Below are positions 22,612-35,733 of a stretch of 64,000 nt of DNA, piece by piece. The notes below the pieces were generated by a model. The model had not been told where the DNA came from, did not search any database, and saw nothing but the letters and a program-made list of their open reading frames with translations. Position numbers and translations under genes: made by a program. How positions within the stretch are numbered: the first letter of the stretch is position 1; the number at the start of each line of letters is the position of its first letter. Source of the stretch: Lingula anatina (Eukaryota > Animalia > Brachiopoda); assembly GCA_051362555.1 (NCBI GenBank), contig CM120649.1, positions 7,626,001 to 7,690,000 of the forward strand. Reading direction: 5' to 3'.

Positions 22612-24708
22612 TCTTCCGGCTTGAATAAAAGACCAAAACTAAACACGCCCAATCAATTAAGACAGGTCCTTGGAGGAGCAAAAGATTTTAACGCTTGATT
22701 ATGTATTTTCCCGCCACGGGTCATCCGTGTGTGTCGTCTGCAAGGTGAACGCTGTCGTCTGCTAGGTGAACGCTGTCGTCTGCGGGTCGTGTGCGCGTTG
22801 ATGTGTATTATACGGCAGATTGCGTGACTGGGTCTGGCGAGAGGGTGATTGGTGTTTGATTGTTTTTGTACGCGTGATATCGCGGCCGATATCGTCATAA
22901 TCAGGCGTCTGATTAGTCATTTAATTGTCTTAATTAACTAGAGAGCATATTGGCGTGCGAGTCGCAGAAGATGGATGATGCTTGCTAACGACCAGCTCAC
23001 CTTCTTTCTCCATTGATCACAACATATGGGAGAAAGGCGGAGGGAAGGGAGGGAGAGACAACCGGAGTGTTAATTAAGGCGGCGGTTCCTCGCACAATGA
23101 TAGCGGCACAATGGCTGTCGGCTTGCATGTGTTTTTTATCAAAACAATTTCTACCCCGTTCACCGCTGAGCTACGATAAATGTATGAAAATAAAAATGAA
23201 AGGGATCTTTATCATTTCTTGCAATTTTTGATTTTTGTTTGAGATTATTAGAGTTTAAATGCAATTTAGTAAAAAGTTGCTGTGGGACATACCTACAGCT
23301 CCGCATGAACTGACTCAAACTTGTACACGTATAACCGATCAAACTGCCTTTTTCTTTGACGTGCAAATGTTTTAAAACTCTGTAATTCTTATTAAACAAC
23401 ATTTGGAGAGTTCTGGGTTGTAGCATTAACAAATATCATCACACGAGAGACAACTGAAAATAACAACTAAATAAAATTATTAGGACAGTTATTAATTTAA
23501 AGTAGATTACAAATATCCCAATTTGCAAGCATTTAAAACTTCCCAATTCAATCCTACATGTATATATACTCATAATATAAACCCGTGTTGAATTAAAAGG
23601 AAACAAATTAAATTGGAAATGGACATAGATATCTTCCACAGTGTTAGAAGCTAAAACAATATGATTAATTGGCAATGTAAATCTCGTATTATGGTTCGAA
23701 AAGATCAATTGCTTAATTAAAAAGATACAATTTACTTAGCACCTTAACATATAAAATAGTGAAGGAAAGGCGTAAAATAATCAAGTTCGATCACAGTAAA
23801 CAAATAAACTGGTGTGTAACCGCAAACGAGTAATATGCCATTTACAAACAATTATACATAAGACTTGCGTTCGATATTTGTGTGCTCTTGGTAGTACGTT
23901 TTCTATAAAAAGTCTATTGCACAATGATTTACTGCATGCAGGTGACCATCAGACTAAGACGAGCACGGCGTGTCTGGTTCCACAGCAACTGGCGACTCCT
24001 GGCTCTCCGCGACTCCAGCGCTGACACCAGGCAATATAATATTGTGAATACGTGAGTACGTACACCGCACGCGGGTAGCGCTGGCAGGCTAAGATGGCAT
24101 TGGCAGGTTAGAAAGACAAAGGTACGATTTGTCACGAGTATCCACCCAGGAGAATAAGCATGATTTATCATTGAGATGTGATATAAATTAATGCAATAGT
24201 TTGTGTAAAAAGGGTCTCTTATACAATGCCCGAAAAATAATACGAATGCACCCGCATACAACTGATGTAATTTATTGGCGTGCATTAATTTCATAAATAA
24301 CATATAGATTCGGACATGCCTCACATTTCAAAGCCGCGTATTTGATGTCCTTCAATCACAAATTAAACATAAATACAGACTTAGAAAGTTCAGCTTATGA
24401 TGTATTGGTAATAGCATAAATGGACCCATGTCTTGCTAAAATGCTCTGTGCTGAATGTATATAAGGATAGACAGATAAACAGTTCAGAAAAAAAAAAAAA
24501 AAAAAAAAAACGACAGTCCTGAGTACGCCCTCCTTTGCACCCTTATCGTAGGTAGCAGAAGTTGGAGGCGGTGAGGGCCACAATTCTGTGAACTATCGTA
24601 TGCATGGGGTATGCTGTATTTATTTATTGGATTTATATATAGAAAAGAATTCGTCCTGACATGTAAAGAGCAATAAGGAATTGGGAAAACAAATAAAAAA
24701 CAACGCTG

Positions 24709-24724
24709 TCTCTCTCTCTTTCTT

Positions 24725-24765
<41 letters not shown>
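24709..24765. repeat. (CT)n microsatellite
   Basis: Directly visible. Similar simple repeats occur at 10986-11032 (AATAT), 28169-28227 (TG/AG), 51490-51550 (CT), 52719-52786 (ATT), 57615-57830 (degenerate TG) and 61672-61770 (CT/CA). Confidence 0.9.
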
Positions 24766-24766
<1 letters not shown>

Positions 24767-27070
24767 AACGAACGACATTGTAAATGTTTTCTGTGCATGC
24801 CTGCTGCCTTTCCTCATGATGATTTTGTCGAAATCTTTTCGTCTGGGAAATTTTCAACGAAGGAAATTAACTTGGAAAGATCTCTACTGATTACAAGCGC
24901 GATTAACGTGAATAAAAGAAACGTCGCAGTGAATATTCAATGAGTTTTAAATAAACAAATTCATCAACCTTGCGCCAGCCTTTTTCTGTTTTGATTAAAG
25001 TAAAGATTAATTTTGGTGTGTAATTACCCAACGCATGTATATGGTGGTGTAAGAGCGAGAAATATGCCTCCATTGAGGCTGCTACCGCGTCTAAGGTACG
25101 AGACGCCGAGGGACTCGCTGTTCACGCGATCCCAGCATTAGCCGGCAGAGCAGCATGTAAGCGCGTCGTTTGGCACGCGCCTCGGGCCACGCGGCCCAAC
25201 AGGGCTCCCCTACACCACTACAGCCTTTCCTACAAGCTCGCGGTCTCAGGAGCGCTCTCTCAACCCGGCGTCGCCTGCAGCGCTGAGCGTTCCTAGAATT
25301 CATTTCACGATCTTGAGCGGACTGGGACTCGGAACGTTATTTGTGGGTTTCTCAGCGTTCGTCTTGCACGCTTGAGATTGTGGGAAGTTGCACATTGGGA
25401 CGTGTGCTGACGCCGGCGGCAGTAGGGTCATAGTTCCAGTGGAAGAACGGTGGTAAAGGTCTTGCCTCAGAGAAGATTAATAAGGTGTAAAAATGTTTCA
25501 TGTTTGCCCCCTCGTCGCTGTTTTCAATAATCATGCAAAAACTCCGCATTATAGGGAATTTCAACTGCTTTGCATAAAGGCTTAACTTGCTTGTAATAAC
25601 TGTGAATATTTGAAAAAAAATGAAAGAAAATTGAGCTGTGTTTCGCTCAATGAAGTTCTCCTAACTACCCGTTGATGTGTTTTTATTCATTTTTTCGAAC
25701 AAATCAGCTTCCACGTATTCGATTTCAGAGTGTCATGTGCAGTGATTGGGAACCATGCTAACTAATTAAAACACATAGTACACCCAAACCCAATATAGAT
25801 GTCCAAATGAGGTCACAGGCATTCTGTCAAAAACATTTATTTCACAGATTACAAACTATGTTTGATTATTTGAGCGTCCCTCATAAAGTTGTTTTTATTA
25901 AAGTTTCACTCACCTGGAACCATGAATAATAGAAAAATAATTCATCGTCTAACCCCAAAAAGGAACATACGTGACTGTCACAAATGCAAAACGTCCACCT
26001 GTGGAAACATTTTACTCACATTGAAAATTCAATCATCACTGGTTTTGTTCTTTAATTTATCTCCTGCAAGTATAACGTTGTACAAAATTATAATAATAGT
26101 TTGTATAGAGCAGTTAATTTTTGTTTTTTGAGTGACTTTAGTTTGCTTATCACTGAATATCATAAATGTAGATATAGGCTACTATTGAGACAGCCTTGAA
26201 TTTTTGTTCCATACACATAAATGTTTTGAAAATTTGAATACAACTTCGAATTCATTCAGTTTAATTTTTTGTTACTTGAGCATGTGAAATGCACCTCTAT
26301 ATTGGTTTTGGATGTGTAATGCCCTTATTGATACATAGACTTATTGTGTGTCCGCAAGCGTTAAGTTGTGTACGTACTTGATTGGCGTTACATGTGATTC
26401 AGAAATGTTAAAGATATTTTAATGTAGTCTGGTTTAAGATATTTGAATGTAGCAGTTCCCAAAAAATTGGAACGCGGTGGATCTAAGGGAGGGATTCCTA
26501 AGGTTAAAGACTGACCAAGGGAACGATGAGGTATAAATGGTGTTTTAAGCAGATAGACTATGTTGTAGAAGTCCCTCTTATCCACAGTATGAAGAAGTGC
26601 AGGAAGCTATTCCACGGGCTTGATAAAGAAACGGAGCCACTGTACAACATTCTATTTCAAGTTCTAAAACCCATTCACTGAAATTCAATACAACAACAAC
26701 ATTTCAGTCAATATGTCTACTTGATATCATCACCTGTGGCAGATTTAAATTTTGACTGGATATCTTTTAAGATCCACGTCGCTTCAGTCCAAAAATAATC
26801 TTTCAAAAACAAATGCGGGAAATTAAGTGTTTTGTAAACTCTTACCTGACAGACTTTCTCTAGACGGCTGCAGCCTCCGTCAGGTGGCTGCTACATTTCA
26901 GTTAGGATCAAACAACTTTTTACACAATTTTGATGGCATATGTCTGTAGTTTTGTTGGTGTTCTCATGACACATCATCGGGGCCAGTCCAGCCCAGGAAA
27001 ATGTTTTTGATGGCGTATAATACGGATATATCACAATCGTTTGTAGATATAATTTACTGAAGAGGTCAGG

Positions 27071-27104
<34 letters not shown>

Positions 27105-28166
27105 CTTTATTTAAAATTTTCAATCCAATTCTGTTCAATAGACTTTACAATGATGATGATATTGGCAAAAAGCATATTTTTTAAAGATTAGTATTCATAA
27201 TCAACACACACATAATACCAAATCATATCAAGAACAGTTAAATCCTGATTTCATAATTCAGTGATATGATGAGGAACAACATCTTCGTGATAAAATATGT
27301 CTTAGTTTGAATATCGGATATTTTGGGGGGATTGAAGTTTCACACCAGTTGAATTTTCCCTGTGCGTGTGGTGACATGCCGTGGCCTTCATATGTGTTCG
27401 ACATCAACAGTTTTTGCTATTCGCGTGACAAACAGAGGGGATAATGATTATTGTTTTTCCACTCCGCTTTTAAAGACACCTTATACCATATACGTCTTTA
27501 ATTAACTGTTTTGAGAAATCTCAAATCTTTCTTCTATTGATTGCCGATACCGTTTAGCCACGCCATTTCAGACCGACTGCCGTCTCCCTCTATTCTGCCA
27601 CGGGTCCTTTCTGTAGTTTGTGTTCTAAGGTGGGAGCCCTGCCCCTCTCCCGGACACGTCAATCTCTCTCCGAGTCCCACGACGCCTGTACGCGCGCCAC
27701 GCAGGGCTGGCACGGTGCGTTACTCGCGCCATTCGCACGCGATTTTACCCTAATATTACACCCCGTCGCACGTGCAAACCAATCAGCCGGCTAGTGTGGG
27801 GCGGAGAAAGGTCCCTATTCATTCGAATAAATGCGTTAAGATTTGATTGCTTTTGAATCCTTGGAGGATCTCTGCTTCGTCTTTTCCGCTATCCATTACT
27901 CAGCACGGGGCCGGTAAGCAATACACCCAGGCCCTGATAGAGGACGGTGTTGAAAGTCCTCCGCAAGGGCGTTAACGACGCCCGTGGCGTTTTAAACAGT
28001 CCCCGAACTTTGTGTACTTGTGGAGACAGGGAGAGGCTGGGATACACGGCATGTCATACTCAAGATGTGGAACTGAAATAAACGACAGGCATCTCAAACT
28101 GCCACTGGGGATTTGTGATGGGGAGTAGTTAAGTCCACAGCCGCACGGAATATCCATGTACGCGTT

Positions 28167-28208
<42 letters not shown>

Positions 28209-29602
28209 AAAGAGAGAGAGAGAGAGAAAGGATTGCACAAAAATTGAATTTACATTTTCATACACAAATTTCAAATGTCATTTATAAAGTCATAAAAATT
28301 AGTAGTGGAGGCTAGAAACACATTCTAAAGCCACGTATATAAACTTCCACTCGAAATAACAAAAGATAAACATTATTTGGACAGGGAAGGTGAAGAAAAA
28401 TATTGTTTTTAAACTATTCAAAGAAAAGTAAATAAATGATACAAATGTTTACATACTGAATTGATCATTCCTTCCCTGATTATTAATGTTCACACGTTGT
28501 CTCTTGAATCAGGAGCAGTCGGGCCTTAACTACACAAACCAATATTCTTTTGGACTTATCTGAAGACAAGTAATGCAGTGTGTCATTTTTAAAAGATAAA
28601 TGCTGTGAATTAATGCTGCAAAAATTGCGGGAATAATTAGAAGGACCAAAGGTTGGTAGGACGGTGAAAATAACGTTTACCTTAGGAGATTTGTTAAGTA
28701 TGAGTGTTTTTGCAAGAAAAAGTTACACTGTGCACCTTGAATTCTCTCAGTACAGTACGTGCGTTCAACTTTTACAGGACCTTATTGGAAACAAGGAACA
28801 GCAATTTTGCGCGGGAAATTGTCCAAATAAAACAATACAGTAAAATTAATGATTAAACCAAAAATGTAGACCTGACAAAAGCTTGTTAAACCCCCTTTAC
28901 ATTTTACGGTGTCCTTTGTGCGACCATGAAACTGGCATCGTAGAAAGGAGACACAAACATCGCTTTGGTTGCAGAATGAATGCTCAATGATCAGCCACCA
29001 GTTGTCGGCACGTAAAGAAGTTTTTTTCTCTCAGAAAGGACGCCGTCCAGTGCAAAGGGAGTTTTAACAAATCAGTGCTGCTGCTGTAGCTGTAGTGTAC
29101 GGGAGACAGCTAGACTAGCGTTGGGAGTCAACAGGACTCGCGCCGCGTGCGTGCAGCTCCGGTCGATCGCCACCTTGTTTCCCAAGGAATTACAAGCTTC
29201 GTTTCAACAGAAATAGAACAAAATTACTGACTAATCATCTGAGAGGGTGCCGCCAACATCGGTTCGGTTGTAACAATCTCATAAAACACTGTGATAGCTC
29301 TGTGTTCAGTGAAAATACAACGTGAAATAGATTTTAATCTCGCGACGGAGATAAAACTAAAGTGAATAGTGACACGCACACTCTTCCATTTAGAAACATA
29401 AAAATATCATTTTTCCTTTACATCTTTTTACGCCCATAATGTTACACATTAGCACGTTTGTTTGCGTTTGCATGTTCCTATGTGTACAAAGGTGCTTCAC
29501 AAAATGAATTTTATTCCAATTTTATTCCAATTTCTAGACAGGAGATATACCCCCTGCCCTGTCCACCAAAAGTAGAGCTTACGCCGCGATAGCCAGGGCT
29601 AT

Positions 29603-29810
29603 GGCCGCATTCACAGCCAAAGTTGATCCGCGGTCTAACAGATCCGAGGACCAAATTTGGCCGCCCCATTTGACAGCTTGCCGCATTATCCCCGAGGGAA
29701 TCTATTTAGTGTCTATGAGGGGATCCCGCGACAAGCTATCAAGTGGGTCGGCCATATCTGATCCGCGGGTCTGTTTGTTTGTCTGTGATCAACTTAATCT
29801 GAATGCTCCC
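29603..29810. mobile_element. Fold-back (nearly fully palindromic) PIF/Harbinger-like MITE
   Basis: Left arm ggccgcattcaca..aagttgatc..aacagatccgaggaccaaatttggccgccccatttgacagcttgccgc pairs with right arm gcgacaagctatcaagtgggtcggccatatctgatccgcgggtctgtt..gatcaactt..tctgaatgctccc; flanked by TAT/TAA. Confidence 0.7.
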
Positions 29811-29813
29811 TAA

Positions 29814-30038
29814 GACCCCATTCCCATAGATTTTAGATCGATCTATCCCTGTGGGGAGTCTCACTAGATTACTGTCAGCTTAGCCGGATTTAGCGTGTGC
29901 CCCGCCCACTAAAAGCTGTAAGGGGGTAATTAACTATGGTGCGCGCTCAGCTGACTGCAATTTAGCGTAAACCCCCAGGGAGTTAGGTCGATCTAAATCT
30001 AAATCTCTGGACCGATCTAAATCTCTGGGAATGCACCC
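29814..30038. mobile_element. Tourist/PIF-Harbinger-like MITE with TAA target duplication
   Basis: TAA|gaccccattcccatagattttagatcg ... cgatctaaatctctgggaatgcaccc|TAA; two further copies in the window. Confidence 0.8.
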
Positions 30039-31314
30039 TAAGCTTCACCTGAGTTTCTAAAAACAGCAGAGGCATGCTGACAGTAGGGAAGCGAGTGTCC
30101 ACCGAGGCCAGGGTGGGGTTGGTGTCCCCATTCGCTAGGCGCTATTTGCTGGGAAGTGCGCGTATGCTCCGTCCGATTTTTGCATTTCGTATTAAGACAT
30201 TTTTTTCTTAAAGAAGTACGCAACGCCTGGCAAAAGTTGAATAAATTAAGGCGATTGCGCAACGGATCAACGTACGAAATGACACACCTCGCGTGCGTAG
30301 CTGCAGTTGCCACGGGGACTTATTTTCAATGCGCGTGCAAAAGGCTTGCCCGTTTGAGCGCCCCCTCAAGGACGTCACCCTGGAGACCTACATTGTAGAG
30401 GTCATGAAACAGCGGGTCACGCGCTGGCATGAAGATGTGGATAAATATCACGGTCTTTTTATGCGAGCTAACAGTTTTTATTCCAATATCCACGATTGCA
30501 GTTACATAATTACAAGTTTAACACGTAGAAAATGCATTAGGATGGGAACGTGCTTGTCTGCACGTCTCTAAACTGTAGTAGGTCCGAGTTTTAAGAGATG
30601 GAGATCTTCCAGTTACGATTAACAAGATTCTTCAGGGTTCAGACACCAGCTCGCCGTTAATGAAGTGCTTTATGAGGTTAAACAATACCTGAAATTAGCG
30701 GTAGAATAAGCACATACCCCTCTCCTCCTTTCAAAGAAAATTGCCAAGTGTATACATCATGGATAAGACGAGTTTCAATTCAGTAACACTTCAATTATAG
30801 GATCTTTTTCTGATATTGTTTCATTTTGATTCATACAAAGTGCTACAAATTGAATGATAATTGCCAGCATATATTACAGAAGTAGAATTTAAGAAATATC
30901 ATCATTCAAAGAAAATGTTCATGCTTTGTTGATAAATAAAATGCAATTGAATATGTCACATCTCCAAATAATTTATAATTTAGATCATTAAAAAGGAACA
31001 GTCCTTTAAGTTCAGAATGTGACTATTAGTGTTGTCTGAGGTAAATTGAAACATCGATCAACTCAGGGAACACTCAATCATCACAACGCAAACTTGGTGT
31101 CAAAGAAAATGCTTGGGGGAAAAGCATGTTTCAAGATCAATCCACCAGTGGTGTCCATGTTTTTAACCACGACTTTTCACAGTTGTCTAACATGTCTCTT
31201 ATATCACTGAGATAGTGCAGAAAATTTCAGTCTTCTTTTCCTCTTTATGTCTTCTATGTAACAGTCCTTTTACAAAAGATGGCAGATGATGGTCAGTTTA
31301 AGTGACCAGTGTTA

Positions 31315-31460
31315 AGTGTTATAAAACACCATTGTTATAAATGTTATGAACTCCAGTGTTATAAAACACCATTGTTATAAATGTTATGAACTCCAGTGTT
31401 ATAAAACACCATTGTTATATATGTTATGAACTTCAGTGTTATAAAACACCACTGTTATTT
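31315..31460. repeat. 40-bp tandem repeat (about 3.5 copies) in the RNF7 3'UTR
   Basis: Unit agtgttataaaacaccattgttataaatgttatgaactcc at about 31315, 31355, 31395, 31435. Confidence 0.9.
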
Positions 31461-31543
31461 ATGCCAAGAAGTCCAGTCCTATTTCCCAGTTCTGCTGACC
31501 CAGTGGGCACCCACTGGTCACTCAAGCTGACCAGTGCCCAGTG

Positions 31544-34500
31544 TTATTTCCCTATCCTCTGCACCACCCAGTCCTGCTGACATAGAGGGCACCTGTTGTT
31601 CTGTTTTACCCACAGAGACATGCAGCAGTTGTGGAAGGAATGGTTGCACTCTCCCCAAACAACTACAAAGAAGAACAGATCAGTAAAGAATTTATTTAAA
31701 GAAAATTTCACAAGAAAACAAGGCAGCAAAGCTGTCAAATGTACAGACAAAATAGCAGAAAAAAAGGATGCAAAAGAGGTCATTTTGCCAATTTTGATGC
31801 AATAATAAACAAGCCCGTGGAACTTCAAAGTCACACTTTGAAAATGCCAATATGTGAAACCGTTTAACTGGCAGTAAGAATTACCAAACAGACTGCATTG
31901 CCTACTGAAGCTGTATTTTAGTCCCATGTTTCTTTCCTGTAAGTTTGAGAACAGTAAGTGACATGCTTTTTCTTAAATGGTCATCATGGGAGCAGTGCCC
32001 AAAATAGTTTTTTTTTTTAAATTTTGATGCAATATTACATAATGTTTAACAGCATAATGACCATCAATTTTAATAATAAAATATTAGTATCATGGATATT
32101 CAGAAAATGTGACTAGCAAAGGTCTTCAGGCCCATGGAACTTCAAAGTCACAACTTGAAAATGCCAAAATGTAAACAAAGACGGCACTGTTCTGAAATGT
32201 TTTTTTTTTTCATTTTTAACAATTTTTTAACATAAAACAAAATAAACAGTTTACTGCAATTTTTATATGATCAACTAAGAAAATTGATGAGATGGGAAAA
32301 ATATCAATAGAATAGTGTTAAATGTCCAATTTCCTCCATTCTGAGATTCTGAACATAGTGAATGATTGAATCTCACAAACTGCAATGATATGAGTTTATT
32401 TCCATTTTTGACACTTTATTACACAATACACGATAACAAGTTTACCATCATTTTTACATAATCAACTAATAATGTTGTAAAGATGCAGGAAATGTCAACC
32501 AAACACTTTTACATGTCTTATTAGTTAAATAATGAGACTGTTAACATGCCTAAGAATTGAATCTGAGGAAATGTGAAACAAGACAGCACTGTTCTGACAT
32601 GGGTTTATTTCCATTTTTAACACTTTTTTAACATAAAACAAAATAAACAGTTTACTACAATTTTTATATGATCAACTAAGAAAATTGATGAGATGGGAAA
32701 AATATCAATAGAATAGTGTTAAATGTCCAATTTCCTCCATTCTGAGATTCTGAACATAGTTAATGATTGAATCTGACAAACTGCAATGATATGAGTTTAT
32801 TTCCATTTTTGACACTTTATTACACAATACACGATAACAAGTTTACCATCATTTTTACATAATCAACTAACAATGGTGTAAAGATGCAGGAAATGTCAAA
32901 CAAACACTTTTATGTATCTTATTAGTAAAACAATAAGACTGTTAACATGCCTAAGAATTTAATCTGAGGAAATGTGAAAAAACAGCATTGCTTCTAAAAT
33001 AATGGCCCGATTATGCTGATTTTCGAACTCAACCTGCGTTTTAGTAAGATTGACCACTCCTGTGAGTTTAATGACAATTGGCCTATCTGTTTTTCTTATA
33101 TTGAGTTTACAGTGTTGCATATATGCTGAAAAATGAAAAAACAGCATAACTACTAAAATAGTGGCCCGATCATGCCGATTTTCGAACTTGACCTGCATTT
33201 TAGTAAGATAGATTACTCCTGTGAGTTTCATGACAACAGGCCTATCGGTTTTCTTTGGAATGTGTTTACAGTGTTGCATATATGCTGAAAAGTGAAAAAA
33301 AAGCATAACTTCTACAAAAATGGCCCAATCATGCTGATTTTCGAACTTGACCTGCGTTTTATGAATATTCATCAGCTCTGTAAATATAAAGCCCAAAAGT
33401 AAAACTGCCTTCCACTTATCGTGTTTACAATGAAAGTGCACGGCACCGGCGACGGCGATGACGGCGACGACAGACGCAGGTGATGGCAATATGTACAGAC
33501 ACATCTATATATATATATATATTTACTGTACTGTTTGAGAACAGTAAGTGACATGGTTTTTCTTAAATGGTCATCATGGGAGAAGTGCCCAAAATAGGTT
33601 TTTTTCAAATTTTGATGCAATATTACATTATGTTTAACAGCATAATGACCATCAATTTTTAATAATAAAATATTAGTATCATGGATATTCAGAAAATGTG
33701 ACTAGCAAAGGTCTTCAGGCCCATGGAACCTCTAAGTCACAACTTGAAAATGCCAAAATGTAAACAAGACAGCACTGTTCTGAAATGTTTTTTTTTTTTC
33801 CATTTTTAACAATTTTTAACATAAAACAAAATTAACAGTTTACTGCAATTTTTATATGATCAACTAAGAAAATAGATGAGATGGGAAAAATATCAATAGA
33901 GCAGTGTTAAATGTCCAATTTCTTCCATTCTGAGATTCTGAACATAGTGAATGATTGAATCTGACAAACTGCAATGATATGAGTTTATTTCCATTTTTGA
34001 CACTTTATTACACAATACACGATAACAAGTTTACCATCATTTTTACAAAATCAACTAACAATGTTGTAAAGATGCAGGAAATGTCAAACAAAAACTTTTA
34101 CGTATCTTATTAGTTTAATAATGAGACTGTTAACATGCCTAAGAATTGAATCTGAGGAAATGTGAAAAATATGCTGAAAAGTGAAAAAACAGCATAACTT
34201 CTACAATAATGGCCCGATCATGCTGATTTTCGAACTTGACCTGCGTTTTATGAATATTCATCAGCTCTGTAAATATAAAGCCAAAAAGTAAAACTGCCTT
34301 CCACTTATCGTGTTTACAAGGAAAGTGCACGGCGACGGCATCGGCATCGGCATCGCCATCGGCATCGGCATCGGCATCGGCATCGGCGACGACAGACGCA
34401 GGTGATGGCAATATGTACAGACACATCTGTGTCTGTACATAAAAACTGACAATATTTTAAATGTTTTTAAGCAAATACAAAAGCATCACATAAAATATTT

Positions 34501-35733
34501 TTTTTAAAACAGAAGCACTATAATCATATAAAATAACTTTCTCCTTAAACCTTACAAAAATCTAATTAACACAGATCCTGACCCTGTAACACACACTACT
34601 CACCAACACAGTCATCTTGTTTGTTTTCTGACTGACAACGCAGACATGCATCTAGAAGTAAAGTGATATTACAATTATGTTCATTCAAATAATAGGTAAT
34701 AGTTATTTATTTATTTATTTATACATATATGATATGCATAAAGTTTCTGATTTACTATAAGACTATGCTAACACAAGCAAGATATAGGTAAACATAATAA
34801 TGATGGACAACTGGTATTGTACCCTACCAGGAAGCATACTCTTTGATGATCATGTGGGCCAAACAACTTCACTTTTACACACTTCTGTGCAGTAGTTTAT
34901 TTCCCGGCGAGTGAAAATCTTGTGTCATGACTAGATCTACTTCATGTATTAACTGAACTCATTCTGTGCATGCAGAAGTAGCCCAGTAGCATTCTTCAAG
35001 GGGTGTATGACTTTACAAAGGCATAACTTGCAGATGAAAAGGGCAATCCTACTTTATTTACAGCACTTCTTTGGAGCAATATGAATTTGAAGAGTAGAGT
35101 GGTAAGCCAAAATTTTGAGAGCTGCATGGAAATTTGTCAGATTTGTTTTTTTTTTCCTTCTTTATTTGTAATCTGCCTACTGTATATGTTTTTTTTTTTA
35201 TAGGGACAATGAAGGTTTACATTTTTTGTTTCTTTCAATTCTTTATTGGTCTGTCTAAACATATTTTTCGGGAAAATGGAAGTTTACATATTTGCCACCT
35301 TCACTTTCTAAATTGGTGGTACATGTATGCCTAAATCATGCATTTTTGAAACAGTGAAATAGGGAGAGGGGGGGGGGGGGGAAAGAAAATTACTATTATG
35401 TCCATAATAGATCTGAAACAAGTGTTAAGTCCCAACTAGCAAAGTGTACATGTACTAACTGCGTGCGTCAGACCGTAACCCACATAAATGGGATTTCAGT
35501 TATTACCAAACAAAGGCAATTTGCCTTGTCTGCCAGCTTCTGGTAAGGTTCGCTGGGTTTTTATGCCAAATAAACTCACCCATGACTTGAACGCGGCAAA
35601 TTGCACATGTATCACATTCTACATCCCAGCTCCACATAGCCACAGCGTTCCACTTCTTCAAAGCGAACATTTTCTCTCCTTTTGACGCATTTTCTCTATC
35701 AACTTCCATATCTTCCGGTTCTTCGTCCGCCAT
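31544..35733 (-). CDS. RNF7: RING-box protein 2 (RBX2/SAG/ROC2), cullin-5 RING E3 ligase subunit, 106 aa
   Basis: Exons 35580-35733, 34604-34651, 31544-31662 splice in frame to MADEE...[86 protein letters not shown], the recognisable RNF7 sequence. Another in-frame ATG lies at 35742. Confidence 0.97.
31718..34445 (-). mobile_element. HINE/DINE-1-like non-autonomous Helentron-associated element with internal tandem duplications
   Basis: Minus strand: TTTTT, then a 14-bp-stem hairpin TATGTACAGACACA-GA-TGTGTCTGTACATA (34441-34412), a (GCCGAT)n microsatellite, internal tandem units of about 160 and 400 bp, subterminal IR TGTCTGTACAT (31749-31739), short hairpin GACAGCTTTGCTGCC and CTTGT|TTT end. 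Confidence 0.8.

Noticed and set aside
26845-26900. Minus-strand donor (CAG|GTAAG) as a third coding first exon of the 4-finger factor
   Set aside because: In the required phase there is a TAG a few codons upstream; could at most be non-coding and is unsupported.
32959-34452. ORFs of 181, 95, 82 and 63 aa in RNF7 intron 2
   Set aside because: Arise from tandem units and the microsatellite of the HINE-like element; no Rep/helicase or transposase motifs.
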